NCBI GenBank assembly: GCA_011390575.1
Contig: JAABSE010000005.1
Span: forward strand, 2,726-66,725
DNA from: Sphingobacteriia bacterium
GTDB lineage: Bacteria > Bacteroidota > Bacteroidia > Bacteroidales > UBA7960
DNA: 64,000 bases
Direction of reading: 5' to 3'
The position numbers were made by a program, and so were the translations under genes. The notes beneath the pieces were generated by a model that ran no database searches, was not told where the DNA came from, and was given only the letters and a program-made list of their open reading frames with translations. Below are positions 58,049 through 64,000 of this stretch, piece by piece; positions within the stretch are counted from its first letter, which is position 1, and each line of letters opens with the position of its first letter.

Positions 58049-60085
58049 ATGAGAAAGATCATTACATTATTATTGGGACTCATTGTTACAATGGGTATGA
58101 CCCAAAACGCACCCATCAATTTTGAACCGGGTGGTAACGGTGCCGACTGGACATGGACGGTATTTGAAAACGCTACCAACCCCGCGTTAGAAATCATCGC
58201 CAACCCCGACCCAAGTGGAGCCAACACTTCGGCCACGGTAGCTAAATTCACAGCCCTTCAGGCAGGTCAACCCTGGGCTGGAACCGAATCTGCACATGGC
58301 GATACCGACCTGGGACCTTTTGTATTGGATGAAACCAATTCACAGATCAAGATTATGGTATGGAAACCGGTAATCAGCAATGTTGGAATTAAACTGGTAT
58401 CGTCCAACGGATGGGCCCAGGTTGAAATTCTGGTACCCAACACAGTAGTTAATGAATGGGAAGAACTTACATTCGACTTTTCCTCATATCTCAACCCACC
58501 TGCTGAAGAAGGTCAACTTGATCAGATTGTTGTTTTCCCGGATTTTGACACGGAAGGCAGAGAACAGGATAATGTTGTCTATTTCGACAATATTTCTTTT
58601 AATCCTGTGGATGATGAGCCAACAGATGGCCCGGAAGTAGCTGCTCCGGCTCCTCCTGCTCTTGCTCCTGAGGATGTCGTTTCTGTTTTCAGCGATGCCT
58701 TTTCTGATGTTGTGGGTACTAATTTCAATCCTGGCTGGGGTCAGACAACCCAGGTAAGCTTTGTTGATATTGAAGGAAACGAAACCATGAAGTATGCCAG
58801 TTTCAATTACCAGGGAATCGAGTTTGCCAGTGCGCTGAATGTTACAGGTATGGAAACGCTGCACCTTGATATGTGGACTGCCAATGCTACCTCGGTAAAC
58901 ATATTCCTCATCAGTACCGGACCTGTAGAAACAGCCTTTGCACTGCCCATTACCCCTGATGAGTGGGTGAGCTATGATATCCCGCTCTCGGCTTTTACAG
59001 GAGTAAACCTGGAAGATGTTATCCAGATTAAGTTTGATGGTGGCGATGGTTCGCCAACTCTTTTCCTGGACAATTTGTATTTTTATACAGGAGAAGTAGA
59101 AGAAGGAACAGATGCTACCCTGAGCGACCTGATGGTTGATGGCACCACTGTTGAAGGGTTCTCACCCTCAGTACCCGACTACACAGTAGTGCTTCCTGAA
59201 GGAACCACAGATGTACCGGTGGTAACGGTAACTACCAACGATCCTGAGGCCAGTGCAGCTATTACACCTGCCACAGAACTTCCTGGAACTACCAGTATTC
59301 TGGTTACCTCTGCCAATACAGAAGTTGAAAAAACCTACACGGTAGAATTTATCGCTGGGGCAGTACCTGCCGAACCAGAAGTTGCCGCTCCGACACCCCC
59401 GGCTCTTGAACCTGAGAATGTACTTTCCGTTTTTAGCGATGCATTTGCCAATGTGGAAGGCACCAACTTCAATCCTGACTGGGGTCAGACAACCGTAGGG
59501 AGCATTATTGAAATTGACGGAAACGAAACCCTGAAGTTTGAAAATTTTAATTATCAGGGTACTGAGTTTGATGGCTCACTGGATGTGTCAGACATGGAAT
59601 ATCTGCATCTGGATATGTGGACCGCTGACGCCACAAGCGTTAATGTATTCACCATCAGCCCCGGACCGGTTGAAACAGGCATTGCATTGGCGATAACACC
59701 CGGAGAATGGGTGAGCTACGATATTCCTCTTTCCGATTTTACAGATGTGGATATGACTGACCTGATTCAGTTTAAATTCGATGGAGGAGACGGTTCTCCA
59801 ACTATTTATCTGGACAACTTGTATTTTTATAAAAATCCTACTTCTGTTTCAGTTATAGAGAAGAACATTCTGAATATTTACCCCAATCCTGTTAATGCCG
59901 GAAGCGATGTTCGCCTGGGTGCAGAGGTCGACCTGATTGAAGTTTATGATCTTACCGGTAAACGGGTTCTCTTTTCACGCAATGCATCTGCATTTGCAAC
60001 TGAAGGTATGAGAAAGGGAGTTTATATGGTCAGAATCCTGGACTTTGATGGCACGGTTCAGGTTCGAAAACTCGTTGTAAATTAA
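58049..60085 (+). CDS. T9SS-secreted protein with CBM-like modules and a cadherin-like beta-sandwich domain
   Basis: 678 aa. The order is a signal peptide, an N-terminal CBM-like domain, module A (~58637-59084), a cadherin-like segment (LSDLMVDGTTVEGFSPSVPDYTVVLPEGT), module B (~59369-59820), and a C-terminal Por/T9SS sorting domain (LNIYPNPVNAGSDV...GVYMVRILDFDGTVQVRKLVVN). Confidence 0.65.
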   Translation: MRKIITLLLGLIVTMGMTQNAPINFEPGGNGADWTWTVFENATNPALEIIANPDPSGANTSATVAKFTALQAGQPWAGTESAHGDTDLGPFVLDETNSQIKIMVWKPVISNVGIKLVSSNGWAQVEILVPNTVVNEWEELTFDFSSYLNPPAEEGQLDQIVVFPDFDTEGREQDNVVYFDNISFNPVDDEPTDGPEVAAPAPPALAPEDVVSVFSDAFSDVVGTNFNPGWGQTTQVSFVDIEGNETMKYASFNYQGIEFASALNVTGMETLHLDMWTANATSVNIFLISTGPVETAFALPITPDEWVSYDIPLSAFTGVNLEDVIQIKFDGGDGSPTLFLDNLYFYTGEVEEGTDATLSDLMVDGTTVEGFSPSVPDYTVVLPEGTTDVPVVTVTTNDPEASAAITPATELPGTTSILVTSANTEVEKTYTVEFIAGAVPAEPEVAAPTPPALEPENVLSVFSDAFANVEGTNFNPDWGQTTVGSIIEIDGNETLKFENFNYQGTEFDGSLDVSDMEYLHLDMWTADATSVNVFTISPGPVETGIALAITPGEWVSYDIPLSDFTDVDMTDLIQFKFDGGDGSPTIYLDNLYFYKNPTSVSVIEKNILNIYPNPVNAGSDVRLGAEVDLIEVYDLTGKRVLFSRNASAFATEGMRKGVYMVRILDFDGTVQVRKLVVN

Positions 60086-60103
60086 TATATTGACAAAAAA
60101 ATG

Positions 60104-60134
60104 AAAGCCGCCTGTAAAAGGGCGGCTTTTTTTT
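60104..60134 (+). terminator. intrinsic terminator ending the glucan operon
   Basis: aaagccgcc-tgtaaaag-ggcggcttt followed by a T run, 19 nt after the stop at 60085. Confidence 0.75.
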
Positions 60135-60177
60135 GTTAAATTGCGATATGTTTTATTTGTAAACATTTTCCATTACA

Positions 60178-62877
60178 TTGAAAAGAACCATCGTATTTTT
60201 CCTGCTGATCTCAGGCTTGACGGTTGTTGCTGCGGGGCAAATGTTTCCGGAAAAAGGGGTACCCCCGCTGGAAAGTTTTACTCCTTATGAATACCATAAT
60301 ACCGGCAAAATCTGGGATATTGCATCTGCACCCAATGGTATCGTATATATGGCTGCCGACAGGGGCCTGCTGGAATATGATGGCAAAAACTGGAATCATT
60401 TTACCGGAAGCAAAGGTTTTACACGCTCGGTAGCAGTATTCAATGACACGTTGATTTATACCGGTTCTGACCTTGACTTTGGGGTTTGGAGAAAAAACAA
60501 GTTCCTGAGTTTTGAATATACTTCTTTGTACCCTTTTGAGGAAGACCTTCAGGATACCAATGAAGAATTCTGGGAGATTCATTTTTTTGGAGATAATGTT
60601 TTGTTTGTTTCCTCTCAAAGTATATATGTTTACCGAAATGATCAGTTGGTGAAGATTGCTGCTCCATCTGTTTTTATGGGAAGTTACCGGATCGCTGACA
60701 GGTTATATTTTATTGACAAAGAGAATGGCATTTTTGTTTTTGAAGATTTCTCTCTGAAAAAGGAACTGGACTTTAACGGGAGTATCCAATCAGAGGTGGC
60801 AGGTATCTATAGGGTTGAGGAGGGGATTATGATCGTTGCCCGGGATGAGGGTTTGTTTTTGTTAAAGGAGGGTGAAATTGAAACCGTAAGAAATGATCTG
60901 TCTGAGAAACTCAAATCAGCCAAAGTATTCAGCTTTGAAATAATTGAGGATGAGTATGTTGCTTTTGGTACAGTGCTTAAAGGTTTGTATATAGCTGATT
61001 TGGAAGGGGAAATCATTCATCATGTAAACAGACAGAAGGGTTTGCCAAGCAATACCGTTTTGTCTTTGCATTATTGTGATGCAGGAAAGATTTGGCTGGG
61101 GATGGATTATGGAGTCTCATCATTGAATCTGAAAAACAGTTTTACCACCTTTTATGATTACAGAGGTGATTTTGGTACCGGTTATACATCCATATTAAAG
61201 GATGATATTTTTTACCTGGGAACCAATCAGGGTTTGTATCGCTCACGGTGGGATGATTTGAATAATAACAAGGAGTTTTTCAGGTTTGAACTCATGCCCG
61301 GTACGGAAGGACAAGTCTGGACCCTGGAGCAAATCGATAACAAGTTGCTGATGGGTCATGATAAAGGGTTGTTTGTAATTGAAGGAAACAATGTAGAAAA
61401 GATTGGAAATCAGGAAGGAATATGGACAATCCTTCCCTATAAAGACTTTATCCTAACGGGGAATTATAACGGGATTTCTGTTTTTCAAAAAACGGATAGA
61501 AATCCGGTTTTCCTGAGAAAGATGGATCTGATATATGGTTCATGCAATCAATTGATTCCGGAAGAAGATAATATTTTATGGGTCAATATCCCCACTTTTG
61601 GTGTCATCAGGGCAGTATTGGATAAAGAATTGAATCCTGCTGAAAGGTTGATATTTCCCAAAGAGATTTTTGAAGGCAAAGATGTCTTTGTTCATAAAAA
61701 TGACTCCGGGGTTCATGTTTTTACCGATCAATACCAATACACATTCAATGCTGAACAAAAAGAATTTATTCAGAAAGACCCATCCCGGATTTCTAAGCAA
61801 ATCGAAGATCAGTTGGCAGGAGTGTATTTACCCATTGCGTTGCATACGGATTACGATTTTTTCCCTGTTTACAATGGGTTTGCATTGAAGTATCTTAAAC
61901 AGGAGCCATCTGGCAAACCAGAGAATTATACTATCACCCTCCGAAAACTGGAAGCCTTCAATAATCATGAAAAAGTTTTATTGTATCCTGGTGCTAAGGT
62001 GCCTTACCGGTTGAATAATTTTTTTGTTGAAGCTGCTATTCCCAATCAAAATCATGTTGTGTATCAGTATAAATTACAAGGTTTAGGAGAATGGAGTGAA
62101 TGGGATGGTGGCAGTACTTTTGAGTTCCTGAGTCTGGAGCATGGAGAATATATACTTTTGATAAGAGCCCGCATTGACGATGAGATTGTGGATGAGCTGA
62201 CAATAAATTTTCGCATTGCTGTTCCATGGTATCTTTCGTGGTATGCTTATCTGTTTTATGTACTCGTTTTTGCAGGGTTAATTTATGGCATTTATTTCTG
62301 GCAGGAAATATCCCTCAAGAAGCAAAAAAAGAAGATGTTGCTGAAAGAGCAAAAATCATTGAGAAAACAAACGGAGAAACATAAGCAGGAAATTATAGCA
62401 CTGGAGAAAAAGAGATTGCAGGTTGAGTTCGATCAACTCAAGCAACAATTAAAAAGCAAAACCATTGAGTTGGCCAATAAGGCAAAAGATAATGAAGAAA
62501 AAAACCGTTTACTGCTTTCTTTGAAGGAGAAGTGTGATAAAGCCCAGCAAAATCCTGCCTTATTCGATATAAAATGGGGAGAGATGCAGCGAATACTGGA
62601 TTCTTATTTGAAAATCGAAGATAAAACTTTTGAAATACAAATGGATGAGTTGCACCAGGAGTTCTTCGGCAAACTTAAAGAACAATATCCCGACCTGTCG
62701 AGCAATGATTTACGTTTGTGCGCTTACCTGAGAATCGGACTCAATACAAAAGAAATTGCAGAGATACTCAATATTCAACCTTCCAGTTTTTATATCAGCA
62801 GATCGCGCCTGAGAAAAAAACTCAAATTAAAGCCTGAAGAGGATTTGTATAATTTTTTAACCCAGGTGGGGAACTGA
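60178..62877 (+). CDS. one-component transmembrane sensor/regulator: periplasmic beta-propeller + Y_Y_Y domain, TM helix, coiled coil, LuxR-type HTH
   Basis: 899 aa with a TTG start (no in-frame ATG preserves the signal peptide MKRTIVFFLLISGLTVVAAGQ). Repeated propeller-like blades, a TM helix WYAYLFYVLVFAGLIYGIYFW, a K/E/Q-rich coiled coil, and C-terminal LSSNDLRLCAYLRIGLNTKEIAEILNIQPSSFYISRSRLRKKL. No histidine kinase or receiver motifs seen. Confidence 0.75.
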   Translation: MKRTIVFFLLISGLTVVAAGQMFPEKGVPPLESFTPYEYHNTGKIWDIASAPNGIVYMAADRGLLEYDGKNWNHFTGSKGFTRSVAVFNDTLIYTGSDLDFGVWRKNKFLSFEYTSLYPFEEDLQDTNEEFWEIHFFGDNVLFVSSQSIYVYRNDQLVKIAAPSVFMGSYRIADRLYFIDKENGIFVFEDFSLKKELDFNGSIQSEVAGIYRVEEGIMIVARDEGLFLLKEGEIETVRNDLSEKLKSAKVFSFEIIEDEYVAFGTVLKGLYIADLEGEIIHHVNRQKGLPSNTVLSLHYCDAGKIWLGMDYGVSSLNLKNSFTTFYDYRGDFGTGYTSILKDDIFYLGTNQGLYRSRWDDLNNNKEFFRFELMPGTEGQVWTLEQIDNKLLMGHDKGLFVIEGNNVEKIGNQEGIWTILPYKDFILTGNYNGISVFQKTDRNPVFLRKMDLIYGSCNQLIPEEDNILWVNIPTFGVIRAVLDKELNPAERLIFPKEIFEGKDVFVHKNDSGVHVFTDQYQYTFNAEQKEFIQKDPSRISKQIEDQLAGVYLPIALHTDYDFFPVYNGFALKYLKQEPSGKPENYTITLRKLEAFNNHEKVLLYPGAKVPYRLNNFFVEAAIPNQNHVVYQYKLQGLGEWSEWDGGSTFEFLSLEHGEYILLIRARIDDEIVDELTINFRIAVPWYLSWYAYLFYVLVFAGLIYGIYFWQEISLKKQKKKMLLKEQKSLRKQTEKHKQEIIALEKKRLQVEFDQLKQQLKSKTIELANKAKDNEEKNRLLLSLKEKCDKAQQNPALFDIKWGEMQRILDSYLKIEDKTFEIQMDELHQEFFGKLKEQYPDLSSNDLRLCAYLRIGLNTKEIAEILNIQPSSFYISRSRLRKKLKLKPEEDLYNFLTQVGN

Positions 62878-63133
62878 GTTGATTCCTGCTATTTTTATTT
62901 GTTAGTTCGGTTCACGGGACTTTCATTAGAGGGCAACGCTTTGCAACCAGTGTTACTAAGCCGCAAATTATAACAACTTCGTTTAGATTTCCAAAAGGAT
63001 TCCTTGTCAGAACGCAAAAAAAAATACCCTTGTAAAGTATTGACTTGCTCAAATGTGCTATACATTAGTTGTCAGAGCAAGATTAGGAGGTGTAATGAAA
63101 CAAAGGAAAGTGACAGGAAAATTGAGACCAAAA

Positions 63134-63159
63134 AAGCCCGGGGAACCACCCCCGGGCTT
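63134..63159 (-). terminator. intrinsic terminator downstream of rnfA
   Basis: aagcccgggg-aaccac-ccccgggctt is a 10-bp GC-rich stem. On the minus strand it is followed by TTTTTTGG. It lies about 90 nt past the rnfA stop. Confidence 0.65.
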
Positions 63160-63248
63160 AGCTCACAAAATTATTATACATCCCGGAATGTAATCATGAG
63201 AAAAACAAAACTAATTGCATTGTCTCCGGGAAATCTTAAATACTTTAA

Positions 63249-63821
63249 TTATACCAGACCGGCAAAGCCCATAAATGCCAGCGCCAGAATACCTGCTACT
63301 ACCAGTGCTGCAGGTGCTCCCCGCATGGCTTTGGGCAGATCCATAAGCTCCATATGTTCGCGGATTCCGGCAAACAGGATGATGGCCAGTGCAAAACCCG
63401 CTGCATGCGAAATAGCAAATACAACCCCTTGCATCAGGTTAAAATCATTCTGCACAGTCAAAAGGGCAACACCCATGATGGCACAGTTGGTTGTAATGAG
63501 CGGGAGGAAGATTCCCAAAGCCTGGTATAGCTCAGGGCTTACTTTTTTGAGGATAATCTCCACCATTTGCACCAGGGAAGAAATAACCAGGATGTAACTG
63601 ATGGTCTGCAGATAGGTTATATTGAAAGGCTCAAGCACATAGTTGTAAATCAAAAAGGTAACGATGGTAGCCAGGGTCATTACAAACAATACTGCTCCCG
63701 CCATACCTACTGATGTGGACACCTTTGACGATACACCCATGTATGGGCAGATACCCAGAAACTGGGCAAGAACAATGTTGTTGACAAAAATGGCGCCGAT
63801 AACAATTGCGAAATATTCCAT
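63249..63821 (-). CDS. rnfA: Rnf electron-transport complex subunit A
   Basis: 190 aa polytopic membrane protein. FVNNIVLAQFLGICPYMGVSSK matches the RnfA/NqrE-family N-terminal motif. Confidence 0.85.
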   Translation of the reverse strand: MEYFAIVIGAIFVNNIVLAQFLGICPYMGVSSKVSTSVGMAGAVLFVMTLATIVTFLIYNYVLEPFNITYLQTISYILVISSLVQMVEIILKKVSPELYQALGIFLPLITTNCAIMGVALLTVQNDFNLMQGVVFAISHAAGFALAIILFAGIREHMELMDLPKAMRGAPAALVVAGILALAFMGFAGLV

Positions 63822-63832
63822 ATCAAGTTGGT

Positions 63833-64000
63833 TTATGCAGTTTTTTTCTTAAGATAATTGAAAAGGATAATCAGGTAACCCATACCGATAAATGCTCCGG
63901 GTGCCAATACGAAAACCAGCATGCCATCGGTAGCTCCGGGAATAAGCTTAAACCCGAAAATAGAATAAGCTCCCAGAATTTCCCTGAGGCTGCCCAGCAT
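63833..64000 (-). CDS. rnfE: Rnf complex subunit E, C-terminal fragment (5' end outside window)
   Basis: I translated the reverse strand by hand: ...LGSLREILGAYSIFGFKLIPGATDGMLVFVLAPGAFIGMGYLIILFNYLKKKTA*. The stop TAA is at 63835-63833, 11 nt before the rnfA ATG. LAPGAFIGMG resembles the RnfE/RnfA-family C-terminus. Confidence 0.65.
   Translation of the reverse strand: MLGSLREILGAYSIFGFKLIPGATDGMLVFVLAPGAFIGMGYLIILFNYLKKKTA

Noticed and set aside
63004-63597. 197 aa plus-strand ORF
   Set aside because: It lies antisense to the well-supported rnfA gene. Its product is low-complexity (Ala/Arg/Ser-rich) and its upstream part spans a terminator hairpin.

Overview
The window looks like a chromosomal segment of a Bacteroidota-type genome. 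This is an inference from T9SS C-terminal sorting domains, a DUF5606-like gene, many lipoprotein signal peptides and Rnf genes. I saw no rRNA, tRNA, CRISPR array, transposase or integrase.

The first ~39 kb is mostly housekeeping and metabolism:
- Nucleotide synthesis and membrane biogenesis: pyrD, purB, yidC, pyrG and pyrC, plus an MsbA-like ABC exporter, a GT2 polyprenol-phosphate mannosyltransferase and two transporters.
- Carbamoyl and energy metabolism: carbamate kinase with ornithine carbamoyltransferase, glycerol dehydrogenase, PPK2 and a CoA-disulfide-reductase/NADH-oxidase-like flavoprotein.
- Other enzymes: an amidase and a fatty acid desaturase.
- Accessory items: a 1554-1569 aa T9SS-tagged M6-like metalloprotease with 13 InlB-B-type repeats, an orphan 2-TM protein in an AT-rich gap, and a three-gene hemerythrin/pseudo-receiver-LuxR module.

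The most interesting part is 39670-62877. It holds a 12-gene same-strand operon plus a one-component sensor that appears dedicated to beta-1,3/1,6-glucan (laminarin-type) use, with no SusC/SusD pair. Its contents are:
- a clan GH-A domain fused to a long C-terminal region that looks like a beta-barrel;
- CBM-like binding proteins, one a lipoprotein and one T9SS-secreted;
- GH16, GH30 and four GH17-like paralogues;
- two GPH symporters;
- an 1150 aa cytoplasmic GH94/GH149-like candidate phosphorylase.

The only long intergenic gap in that operon carries 17 tandem purine-rich heptads with a canonical G-quadruplex motif.

All family assignments come from reading motifs by eye. No database search was run.
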